In this document: positions 24,650 through 33,621 of the stretch, piece after piece
How the letters are laid out: each line of letters starts with the position of its first letter
Position numbering within the stretch: position 1 is the first letter of the stretch
From: a virus
Length of the DNA: 64,000 nt
Virus record (IMG/VR): IMGVR_UViG_3300005613_000026
Location: 1-64,000 of that record
Reading direction: 5' to 3' (one strand)
Made by a program: the position numbers and the translations under genes
Notes under the pieces: model-generated
The model's database searches: none
Told to the model about the DNA's origin: nothing
Seen by the model: only the letters and a program-made list of their open reading frames with translations

Positions 24650-25659
24650 TTATTATAAATTTTCATTTTTCCTTCTTCTGATATTTTTTTTATTTTTATT
24701 TTTGTCCCAGCTGCAACGCACCCAGGCATACCAATAGCTAACATACCACGAGGCTTTTCAAGACCATATGCCTCAGCCTCTTTGGAAAAGTTGTCGCTAC
24801 GAGCTTCAATCCAATGAACTAGATTCTTCAAACCACCGACATCTGTCATCTCAACAATCTGATCGTAATAATCAAGCATACCACTTTTAGAGATAACTTG
24901 TTTTTTCTCTTTTAAAATAGCTTTAATATCCCATCCTCGTTTAGAAACCAAAGATTTACTAAAAGCAGTTTGAGCTTCTGACAAACTTAAACCTGTAACC
25001 GAATTAATAAGAATTTCTTCCATCTTCTTAGTCTGTTCACGAATATTGGGCAGTTTTGTTTCAACGCTACCAACAACTTGATAAAGAGATGCTTTAATTT
25101 CTTTTTGAGTAGCAAAAGGAAATTCCATACATGGCATTAAATAATCGATAGCATCTGTTGACTTGTAAGAACATCCTGTTATAATGGTCGAAACAATACC
25201 ATTCAAGCCCGCAATTACCTTAAGACGACGCTCTATGTCTGGGTCCTCCTGAATAAAACGATGATAATCCAAAAGAATAAAAATAATACCTTTAACGCCA
25301 GCAGCCCTCTTCTCATTTACAGATTCTCTTTTATTAACAAATAATTTGCCTCGGCTTATGATGTGATTTAGAATCTCCATTGGATCATTTGATATATCAT
25401 CAGAAATTGCTGAATCTTTCTCCTTTGTCTTAAGATCAACAAGACCATTATAAGCGTCCCATACCTTAATTTCATAACCATTTGCCGTGCCGAAATGTTC
25501 AATAAAATCAATGAAACGTCTTTCTTCATGCAATTTTACATAAAAAAGAGGATATCGAACTCTTAATAAAGTAGAAAATTCCTCTTTAAATTCATCAGTT
25601 GCCATTTCTTTAAGTATTTTCTCACTTGCACTTTTCTCAACTTTAGATTCACTAGGCAT
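24646..25659 (-). CDS. Ycf46-like AAA+ ATPase, N-terminal fragment ending in a 24-aa IntN
   Basis: RYPLFYV..HEE.R, ILLDYH, GLSLSEA, EKKQVISKSGML, DVGGLKNL and PRGMLAIGMPG|CVAAGT motifs. Confidence 0.92.
   Translation of the reverse strand: MPSESKVEKSASEKILKEMATDEFKEEFSTLLRVRYPLFYVKLHEERRFIDFIEHFGTANGYEIKVWDAYNGLVDLKTKEKDSAISDDISNDPMEILNHIISRGKLFVNKRESVNEKRAAGVKGIIFILLDYHRFIQEDPDIERRLKVIAGLNGIVSTIITGCSYKSTDAIDYLMPCMEFPFATQKEIKASLYQVVGSVETKLPNIREQTKKMEEILINSVTGLSLSEAQTAFSKSLVSKRGWDIKAILKEKKQVISKSGMLDYYDQIVEMTDVGGLKNLVHWIEARSDNFSKEAEAYGLEKPRGMLAIGMPGCVAAGTKIKIKKISEEGKMKIYNK
24649..24720 (-). mobile_element. Atypical split intein N-half (24 aa)
   Basis: CVAAGTKIKIKKISEEGKMKIYNK*; block A only, inserted within Walker A. 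Confidence 0.88.
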
Positions 25660-25707
25660 TTTGTTCCTTTCTACATCAATATTACATCTTATAAATTTTA
25701 TTTACAT

Positions 25708-26217
25708 CTACGATGGAGACAATGTTGTTGATATTCTAATAGCCTTGCCTCCTTTTGAAACTTGCAAAGGAGACCAAGTAGCTTTTGATTCAAATTTCTC
25801 CAAACTTTCTTCAATTTTCATTCTTCCCTGTTCAACCAATCCTTTTTCCCTTCCTCTCAACTCAACAGTATAATGGACTATATATCTTTTGTCAAGGAAA
25901 TTTTCAACTTTTTTTTCTTTTATTTCTAAATCATGATCAGAAATACGGTAACTAAAACGAATTTCTTTAGTAACTCTTTTTTGAGATTTCTTCTTTTTAG
26001 ATTCTCGATATTTCAACTTACCATAATCCAAAATTTTACAAACAGCTAATTTTCCGTGCTGTTCAGGAGCCATCTCAACTAAATCTAAATCCATTTCTCT
26101 GGCCATTTCAACGGCCTCTTTTAATTCTACCCCTCTTTGTATCCCCTCTCCTTCAGGAAGTACAAGATCTACTCTATTCGATTTAATTTGATAATTAATC
26201 TTGTGATCTTTGCTCAT
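25708..26217 (-). CDS. infC: Translation initiation factor IF-3
   Basis: INYQI, EAVEMAREMDLDLVEM, VCKILDYGKLKY, KEIRF, ISDHDLEIK and RGRE motifs. Confidence 0.92.
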   Translation of the reverse strand: MSKDHKINYQIKSNRVDLVLPEGEGIQRGVELKEAVEMAREMDLDLVEMAPEQHGKLAVCKILDYGKLKYRESKKKKSQKRVTKEIRFSYRISDHDLEIKEKKVENFLDKRYIVHYTVELRGREKGLVEQGRMKIEESLEKFESKATWSPLQVSKGGKAIRISTTLSPS

Positions 26218-27173
26218 TAGCGATTTTTTAACCTTTCATAAAATTTAATTGTATTTTCATCTGTGTCTCTAAATTCTATAGACACTTTAATATCAGGAAT
26301 TATTGAACCAAGTATACCTTCTACATCTTTAAATGGCAACCATGACGGATAGGGCGAAAACTTCTCTGTAGATTCTACTACTGAAAAAAGAGCATTTCTA
26401 CGCAACATTTTTCTGCATCCACTTTTAACCATCTCGATTGCTTCTTCTTGTTTCATCATTTTTACCTTTATAAGCCAATTAGTAGAAAGCACAATCCCAA
26501 AATTAGATACAAGAGAGGAATCTCCTAAAATAAAAGACTTTTCTAAATCAGTGTTTCTTGGCTTTTTTATCTCTTTTTTTTCTTTTTCTTCCACTTTATT
26601 ATACTCTTCACAACTTTTGGATAAATCATATTTAGACTTAAAAGACCTAATAGCAGCTTTATTTAATAAATGACTAAAATAAAAATTACCTTCTTTATCC
26701 TGTCCTCTTAAAAAATCTATATAATTCTCAAAAAAGAAAATTATATAATCTTTCATCATTAACCAATGAAAGGTCCCAAAAGCTTCCTCTAAAACGCTCC
26801 TGGCTCTATTAATATCTATTTGAGCAGGAACTCTTTGCAAAAGCAACTCCTCATTGTATTTTTCTCTATATAAATATACAACATAAAAGAAAACATCTGC
26901 TGTATTCCATTCTAAAATAGGTTTATCCCATCTCATGCCCGTGTATTTAGGTTTTTCTATATCTAAATAATCCAGAGTTTTTGGATATCTACCAGAAACA
27001 GCAAAACCTTCATCATTATCTTGTATTATATCATTCTCTGATAGTTTGTCAATAACTTTTTTAGATTTTTTAGATTTTTTAGATTTTCTCTTACGAGAAT
27101 CTGTAAAATTAGGTCTTTCTCCTGTTACTTTTTCAAAGGCATCCTTCATCATTTTGTTAACCATATCATTCAT
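26217..27173 (-). CDS. Hypothetical protein
   Basis: 318-aa ORF with a short KKS repeat near the N-terminus. Confidence 0.7.
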   Translation of the reverse strand: MNDMVNKMMKDAFEKVTGERPNFTDSRKRKSKKSKKSKKVIDKLSENDIIQDNDEGFAVSGRYPKTLDYLDIEKPKYTGMRWDKPILEWNTADVFFYVVYLYREKYNEELLLQRVPAQIDINRARSVLEEAFGTFHWLMMKDYIIFFFENYIDFLRGQDKEGNFYFSHLLNKAAIRSFKSKYDLSKSCEEYNKVEEKEKKEIKKPRNTDLEKSFILGDSSLVSNFGIVLSTNWLIKVKMMKQEEAIEMVKSGCRKMLRRNALFSVVESTEKFSPYPSWLPFKDVEGILGSIIPDIKVSIEFRDTDENTIKFYERLKNR

Positions 27174-27174
27174 C

Positions 27175-30100
27175 CTATTCTGGCCTTTCTATAATAAACT
27201 CTTCCTCTGTTTTATATATTCTTTCTCTTTTGCGACTATGACCTTGCAAATATCTGCAACCGTCCATAAAATCTACAGCTATAGCATCTTGTTTACCTGG
27301 ATAAGTTCTTAGAATACGACCTATCCTCTGTAATGCTCTAGTAGGAGATTTTCCACCACCTGCTAAAATAAGGGTATCAAGAGGTTTACAATCTACCCCC
27401 TCGTCAAAAATAACACTGGCAATAGTGACACTGGGGTCCCCTTCTCTCATCTTGTCTAAATGAGATGCTCTTTTTTTCTTACCCGTTCCTCCATAGAGAA
27501 AAGTACTATCTGGAATCATATTTTCTAGCAATTTTCCATGAGCCACTTGCTTAACTAATATAAGTATCTTTCTTCCCTGAGAACGAAAGTAATTAGCAAA
27601 ATTCAAGATTGAATTATTTCTCATTTCATTTTCTACAATTGCCTTTTTGTAAACAGTTACATAAGGGGATTTTCCTATACCCCTCATATTGTTCATATTA
27701 CAAAAATATATATGAGGTCGAACAAGATATCCTCTTTGTATCAAAAAAGATGCAGATATATTTGCTATCATTTTACCAAAACAGGCATCTATTAAAATGT
27801 CATCTCCCAGATCTCTCCAAGGCGTTGCTGAATTATGAACAAGAACTCCATTCACGACAAATGAAGGATGCCCTTCCATTTCTAAATCATAGACGTAATC
27901 ACTATATTCTTCCTCTACTATCTTGTTAATAATATATTCATTACAATTAATATTTTTAAATTTCTTTACTTCTCCATTTCTTCCTATATTATTTCCTAAT
28001 AAAGAATTCATAGAAAAAATCACTTGATAACTATCTCTCTTTGCAAATATCTGCCTTCCATTTATAATGCCTCCTTTTTGAGGTTTTCTAATAGATAGAC
28101 TAGAAGATACTCCTAAGCTTCTTAATAAACAAGAAAAATCGTTAGCCAAACAAATAGATGTTGTAGTATATCTGGCCTCTTTTCTATTCCTATCTTGTTT
28201 TGATGAAAAACATCCATCAGACATCATCATTCCATTAATAAGTTTCATCTTATAAAACTTATCCCATTTAAAAATTATTTCTGATGGAATAGTTTTTTCA
28301 TAACAATATTTCTTACCTAAAAAATATTTCATCAAACAAGATAAAAGTGCACTTGAAATTCTTACTTCGCTAGAAGCTCCTTCCATTTTTCGTATTTTTG
28401 GATTTACAGATATAACCCCTATGCTATTGACATAATTTATGAATTCCTCCAAAATAGAATTTTCAACAGCAAAATTAATCCTATTTCCATCGAACCATCC
28501 ATCTCCAATGAAAAATCCTATCAAAAAAGATATAGATCTAAAACTGAAATGAGGATATATACATACCCCATTCGCTCCTTCGGTATATATTTTTTCTGGT
28601 TTTGGTAGTATATCCTTATATTTAATATATGTCTTTAAATCTATTCCCGAATTTCTCCTAATTATATGATAAAACCTGCTCTTTGACATCCCCAGGTCTG
28701 AATAAATCAAACCCTCTAACCTAACTTTAACCCTAATCTTATCAGGATTTCTATAATTTTTTAGTAAAATTTGAAATATATCAAAATCTTTTACATCATC
28801 TTTATTCCAATTCTCTCCATTATCTGCTAATAACAAATCTTTTCGTTTAATATCACAAGATTTTAAACATTCAAAATCAGATCTGTTTCTGTCACTACTC
28901 CTAGGTATACAAAAAACAGAATGATCATCTGTTACAAGTATGTTATTCTTACCCCTATAATATATTTTCCTAATCTTTTTATCACACTTATGTCGTATTA
29001 TTTTATTAATTTTTTTCCAGACAAATTCCTTACCGATATTATCCCATCCTCTTGATTCTATATCTAAACTAGAAATATCTATTATCTCATAATTTTGTTT
29101 CCGAAATAAAAGTAAATCAGAATATTCTTCTACATCTTCCCATAAATCTTCTATAGATCTTATATCTCCATCTTCATATATCCATCCGTATAACTCCAGA
29201 TTAGAAGAAGGTCCTACCGACAAACCATATCTATATTGACAAGAAATAGAATTATCTGAAATTATTTGACAAGTTTCAGCTGCCCAGTGTTGCACCTCAT
29301 CACAAATCATCAACCTACTATCCTGTATTAAATCTTTAATATCTTTTCTCATATCAGAAATATCAGTATTATCTTTAGTAACATCTTCATCATCAAACTT
29401 TTTCCAGACACCCCCTAACGCCCTAACAGCAGTTTGGTTGGTCATAACTGTTATATCTTCAATACTCTTTTCTCCACCGCCGACCATGCCCACTTTAACA
29501 GGTATTCTATGATATCTTACAAATCGTTCTATCTCATCTTTCGCCTGTTTTAACAAATCAATTGAAGGGACATAAAATACAGTAGGAGAAACTCCAAGAC
29601 CAGCGATAATCCCACTGGCTATTGCAGTATTGTGATTAATCATTCCATTAGAAACAAAACTATGAGTTTTAGGAATGACAAAATCATAATTGTCAGATTC
29701 GCAAACTTCTATGCTTTTTATTTTATCATAATAATATTTTTCATCAATAACTTCTATCAATTCTGCAATAAGACTTTTCAACCTACTATAACCAGGATGA
29801 AACGCGCCTTCTTCTTGATAAATAAATCGATATTCTGCCCATTTTACGAAAGACGATAAGCTGCTTCTGCCTGGATTTCTCCAATAAGACCTATCAGACC
29901 ATGATCTAAGAACATTTATTTTCGTATTACTCTCTTCTTCGATAATCCTTCTATACTTTTTACTTCCTAAAATATCTTTGATTATAAATCTAATTTCTCT
30001 AATCTTGCTATTTTGATTATAAATTAAATCCTTATTCGAATTATTTTTCCTATTAATAAAGTCACTATAATATTTATATGACTTTTCTCTTTTGTACCCC

Positions 30101-31455
30101 TCTGGGTCGAAACCTATAGTACCTATAAATTTTTTAATAAAATCCCTATATATAGTTAAAACAAAACAATCTCTGCAAGTAGTTTTCTTTTTTCTCTTAG
30201 ATGAAACTATCCCCATATTCAAAAGAATATAATGTATTTGGTCTATTAATTTCTCATTTGATAAACCTAAAGTAATACTCATTTTTTTTTCATCCACTTC
30301 TACGCAACCATCTGTTTCATAAATGCCCCTTAAAAAAGCAGCAATCACAGGCTTCTCAGAAGTCCTAATAGACAATGGTATTTTTTTAGTATGAGCCAAA
30401 CAATAATCAACGCCTCTATTTAATAAACTTTTTCTATATTTAGTATTATGCACGCAAACACTTCTAGTACTTTCTCTTCTTTTGTCAAAATAAGTACTAG
30501 ATTTCATACCATTTTCATCAGCAAACGCACATACATATTCTTCAATATGGTCATCCGCTGTAGTAATCTGTATGCCATTTTTTTTACTTAAACTTCCGTC
30601 TCCATATAAAAGACCTAAAAGATAGGCTTCCTCTATACTCCATTCGCAATTACTTCCAAACATATTCTGATTTTTAGATAAAACAATAATATCATTATCT
30701 GTTATTTTATCTAATCTTTTCCACTCAAAACCACCATCATCACCAACAACAATAATTCTGTGGTTAGGAGTTCCAGTCAAAGAATAACCATACGAAGTTG
30801 TTATTTTTATAGAATCTCTCACCCCATCTCTATAGATATGAGAAGAAACATCTTTATCACTGTCCCCTAGAGGAGTATAAACATTTATTTGTTTTTCCCT
30901 ATACTCTTCGCTAGTCATACCCTCTTCAATTTCACCTATTTCAATCATCCCTTCTTCTGTAAGACATAAAGATTCCTCATTTTGGCACTTGCCTCCTCCT
31001 GTCGCACACTTGATAATCCCTCTTTCTTTACCATTTTTCTTTACAACACTTTCTATAATATGCTGCTGATAATCTCTAGGCTCGAATTCATCAGACATAT
31101 TATATATATTACTCTTCTCTGTTTTTTTGCGTATATCAATACAATTATATTGAACATTATTCTTTTGAAGATATATAAAAGCCTTATGCAAAAGACCTGT
31201 TGGAAAATGTAAAGAATTCTTTTTAATATGACATCTACAACTGGCTTGATTCCAGCATACAGTGCTTACTCTACCATCCCAATTCTTCTTCCATTCAGGG
31301 ACATTTTGTCCATCAGTATGTTTTTTCACCATCCAGTAAGCATTTTCAGGGAGATAACCTAATTCTCTCTTAAACCCCTGATAAACATCACTGTCCATTC
31401 TTCCATCGATATAAGTGACAGTATGATCCACTCTTAAAACGATTGTTCCAGACAA
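27175..31455 (-). CDS. Superfamily 2 (UvsW/XPB-like) helicase with two inteins, about 510 aa after splicing
   Basis: PRDYQ, ATGGGK|intein|T, ICDEVQH, GL|intein|SATP, EGVD and QRIGRILR motifs; TTG start. Confidence 0.93.
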   Translation of the reverse strand: MSGTIVLRVDHTVTYIDGRMDSDVYQGFKRELGYLPENAYWMVKKHTDGQNVPEWKKNWDGRVSTVCWNQASCRCHIKKNSLHFPTGLLHKAFIYLQKNNVQYNCIDIRKKTEKSNIYNMSDEFEPRDYQQHIIESVVKKNGKERGIIKCATGGGKCQNEESLCLTEEGMIEIGEIEEGMTSEEYREKQINVYTPLGDSDKDVSSHIYRDGVRDSIKITTSYGYSLTGTPNHRIIVVGDDGGFEWKRLDKITDNDIIVLSKNQNMFGSNCEWSIEEAYLLGLLYGDGSLSKKNGIQITTADDHIEEYVCAFADENGMKSSTYFDKRRESTRSVCVHNTKYRKSLLNRGVDYCLAHTKKIPLSIRTSEKPVIAAFLRGIYETDGCVEVDEKKMSITLGLSNEKLIDQIHYILLNMGIVSSKRKKKTTCRDCFVLTIYRDFIKKFIGTIGFDPEGYKREKSYKYYSDFINRKNNSNKDLIYNQNSKIREIRFIIKDILGSKKYRRIIEEESNTKINVLRSWSDRSYWRNPGRSSLSSFVKWAEYRFIYQEEGAFHPGYSRLKSLIAELIEVIDEKYYYDKIKSIEVCESDNYDFVIPKTHSFVSNGMINHNTAIASGIIAGLGVSPTVFYVPSIDLLKQAKDEIERFVRYHRIPVKVGMVGGGEKSIEDITVMTNQTAVRALGGVWKKFDDEDVTKDNTDISDMRKDIKDLIQDSRLMICDEVQHWAAETCQIISDNSISCQYRYGLSVGPSSNLELYGWIYEDGDIRSIEDLWEDVEEYSDLLLFRKQNYEIIDISSLDIESRGWDNIGKEFVWKKINKIIRHKCDKKIRKIYYRGKNNILVTDDHSVFCIPRSSDRNRSDFECLKSCDIKRKDLLLADNGENWNKDDVKDFDIFQILLKNYRNPDKIRVKVRLEGLIYSDLGMSKSRFYHIIRRNSGIDLKTYIKYKDILPKPEKIYTEGANGVCIYPHFSFRSISFLIGFFIGDGWFDGNRINFAVENSILEEFINYVNSIGVISVNPKIRKMEGASSEVRISSALLSCLMKYFLGKKYCYEKTIPSEIIFKWDKFYKMKLINGMMMSDGCFSSKQDRNRKEARYTTTSICLANDFSCLLRSLGVSSSLSIRKPQKGGIINGRQIFAKRDSYQVIFSMNSLLGNNIGRNGEVKKFKNINCNEYIINKIVEEEYSDYVYDLEMEGHPSFVVNGVLVHNSATPWRDLGDDILIDACFGKMIANISASFLIQRGYLVRPHIYFCNMNNMRGIGKSPYVTVYKKAIVENEMRNNSILNFANYFRSQGRKILILVKQVAHGKLLENMIPDSTFLYGGTGKKKRASHLDKMREGDPSVTIASVIFDEGVDCKPLDTLILAGGGKSPTRALQRIGRILRTYPGKQDAIAVDFMDGCRYLQGHSRKRERIYKTEEEFIIERPE
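27832..29220 (-). mobile_element. 463-aa Ser-initiated intein with LAGLIDADG endonuclease at helicase motif III
   Basis: Starts SVGPSS; VTDDHS, LIGFFIGDG, LINGMMMSDG and VYDLEM motifs; ends VLVHN|S. Confidence 0.9.
29629..30987 (-). mobile_element. 453-aa intein with LAGLIDADG endonuclease at the helicase Walker A
   Basis: Starts CQNEES; GTPNHR, LLGLLYGDG and FLRGIYETDG motifs; ends MINHN|T. Confidence 0.92.
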
Positions 31456-31460
31456 ATTAA

Positions 31461-31649
31461 TTACCTCAACTCATTAATACTAACATCATCTACTACTAAC
31501 CCCAGTTGAGGCAGTAATTTCTTCTTTTTCTTTTTTTTATTCTTCTTTTTATCTTTATTATTAAACATAGGAAGAGGATTTTCAAGAGTTGGATAATCCT
31601 TAAAGTCAGATGACATTTTTCTAAAAGAAGTGGTTTCAATGATTTTCAT
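31461..31649 (-). CDS. Small basic hypothetical protein
   Basis: 62 aa with a poly-Lys tract. Confidence 0.55.
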   Translation of the reverse strand: MKIIETTSFRKMSSDFKDYPTLENPLPMFNNKDKKKNKKKKKKKLLPQLGLVVDDVSINELR

Positions 31650-31947
31650 TTTTACTCTTAATCTCCCCGTATCTCCGATACATTTTTGTTTTTACTACTT
31701 TAATCTTGTCTAGTGCTTTACCGTATCTTCCATCCACTAAATCACTTATGGCAAATTTAATGGAAATCATAATATCCACCATAGATTGTTTCTTTTCTTT
31801 ATCAGGAATTGTTACTAATTTTTGCTGAACTCCTAATAATTTATGATAAGCTACTATATGCTTACCCTGTTTTTCAATAAAATTAACTATATTCTCAAGC
31901 ATATTTAAAGTGCGATTGAGAAATTGCTCATATTCTGCATTATCCAT
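31636..31947 (-). CDS. Hypothetical protein
   Basis: 103 aa with a GAGGT SD, downstream of a class-1 promoter. Confidence 0.65.
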   Translation of the reverse strand: MDNAEYEQFLNRTLNMLENIVNFIEKQGKHIVAYHKLLGVQQKLVTIPDKEKKQSMVDIMISIKFAISDLVDGRYGKALDKIKVVKTKMYRRYGEIKSKNENH

Positions 31948-31984
31948 ATTACTACCTCTTTACATACTTTAAAAATATGCAAAG

Positions 31985-32013
31985 ATTATAACATCCTATT
32001 TTTCACTTTTCAA
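31985..32013 (-). promoter_or_regulatory. Class-1 promoter TTGAAA-N17-TATAAT with extended -10, heading the replication operon
   Basis: Minus strand reads TTGAAA AGTGAAAAATAGGATGT TATAAT. Confidence 0.8.
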
Positions 32014-33054
32014 CTACCAAATTCTATTAGATGATAAAAGTGCTTGAATCGTCTGATTTGGAGATGGTCCCGTATCATTAAATTGACTGTCTTTTAGCCT
32101 TAAAAGCACGTTAAATGGTACTCCTGGGTCTTTTCCACTTTCTATTCTTTTTTTCTTTGTTTCTTCAACTTTATTCCAGAATTCTTGCACATATGGTTGT
32201 AAACTCTTATATGTAGACCAATCTGAACCTCTAGTTGGCTCTAACATCTGTTCGGTTAATCCCCAAACCCAGAATGGAGTTCCATAATTAGGATAAATAT
32301 TCTGAGCAATTTTATGATTTCTTATATGATTATCTATTCTCTTAGGGATGACACAAAGAAGTTCCATTCCTAAAATATTAATTAATAACATTTCAAAATC
32401 ATTCAATTCTTCATCCGATAAGGTTAGTTCTAATAAACCATAATATTTTACATAGATATCGCTTTCATATATTTCTTTAATTGTTTCAAGAGGAGACAGC
32501 CCATGAGCTTTAATAGCCTCTATAAAAAGAAAAACATTTTGTATCACATGATTTTCAATATCATTAAGCAAAATATAATCTTCTGGTTCTTCACAATATC
32601 TTGCTATATCTATATCATTCCTATCTATTAAATAAATATCCACATTCTTTAAAGCCCTATCATTTATAGGACAAACGATATTTCTCATAAGACCCCATAT
32701 TAGAGGTTTACTATAAAGAGTTTGTTTAGTTGGTTCTCCCAATTTCGTATAAAAAGACCCTTCTCTATAAAGAAAAGACCTTAACCTAGTTGCAATAGTT
32801 ATTAAAAAATTATCTTCTTCTTCAAGAGTATCAAATAAAGCTTCACCAATAATAGATTCTGAGGATTTAATATACTCATATACTATCTTATAAATAGTAT
32901 GTAAAATATTATTAGTATCTCCTATAGTCAGAGCAGATTCTGATGAATCTAATTCAAAAGTAATTGACACATCAACAAAAGGAACTCCCCTATGATGACA
33001 AAGATTTTTTAATATGGTCTTTGCTAATACAAAATCGCTAACATTATATTTCAT
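32014..33054 (-). CDS. Hypothetical protein
   Basis: 346-aa ORF. Confidence 0.7.
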   Translation of the reverse strand: MKYNVSDFVLAKTILKNLCHHRGVPFVDVSITFELDSSESALTIGDTNNILHTIYKIVYEYIKSSESIIGEALFDTLEEEDNFLITIATRLRSFLYREGSFYTKLGEPTKQTLYSKPLIWGLMRNIVCPINDRALKNVDIYLIDRNDIDIARYCEEPEDYILLNDIENHVIQNVFLFIEAIKAHGLSPLETIKEIYESDIYVKYYGLLELTLSDEELNDFEMLLINILGMELLCVIPKRIDNHIRNHKIAQNIYPNYGTPFWVWGLTEQMLEPTRGSDWSTYKSLQPYVQEFWNKVEETKKKRIESGKDPGVPFNVLLRLKDSQFNDTGPSPNQTIQALLSSNRIW

Positions 33055-33057
33055 ATA

Positions 33058-33558
33058 TTATCCCTTTTTCTTAGGTTTTATATTATATTTTTCTATTTCT
33101 TCTAAACTCATTCCCATAGCAAGTAATAAATCGTCATGAGTGTCGATTTCATTAAGAAATTTAACCGTATCTCGTATTTCTTTGAGAGTTATTTTGCTTC
33201 TAGGCTTTTTACTAATAGAAGATCTAGGTTTTGGTTTTGGTTCAGGTTTTGATTTACTCACAATCCCCATTTCTTCATCTAACTCTTTTTTTGCATTTTC
33301 TATCTGTTTTTCTGATTGTTCTGATAATACATCAAAAGATAAATCTAATAATGTCATTTCTTGTATTTCAAAAATAGTCATTTCATCACAAGGTTTACAA
33401 AAAATACTTAATGCTAAAACCTCTTTACTTGCATTCTTACTGGATTTCTGAATACCTACTGATAACAATTCCTGAGGTTCAAAAACTCTGCCACACTTTC
33501 CGCAGGTTAATTTTTCTTCCTTAAGTATCTTTTTTATCCATTGTGGTAAATTATTCAT
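33058..33558 (-). CDS. Zinc-finger-containing hypothetical protein
   Basis: CGKC...CKPC motif. Confidence 0.65.
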   Translation of the reverse strand: MNNLPQWIKKILKEEKLTCGKCGRVFEPQELLSVGIQKSSKNASKEVLALSIFCKPCDEMTIFEIQEMTLLDLSFDVLSEQSEKQIENAKKELDEEMGIVSKSKPEPKPKPRSSISKKPRSKITLKEIRDTVKFLNEIDTHDDLLLAMGMSLEEIEKYNIKPKKKG

Positions 33559-33588
33559 CTTTTACACCCTTATATAAACCTATATTAT

Positions 33589-33616
33589 CATTATAAATTA
33601 TTAACAAAAATCCTTT
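33589..33616 (-). promoter_or_regulatory. Class-2 promoter-like motif AAAGGATTTT-N10-TTATAATG
   Basis: Same boxes and spacing as 36354-36381; intergenic. Confidence 0.55.
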
Positions 33617-33621
33617 AATTA

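Noticed and set aside
31461-33054. MKIIET..FRK and KIAQ segments as possible prohead-protease processing motifs
   Set aside because: Only one or two weak instances occur in the window, which is insufficient support.
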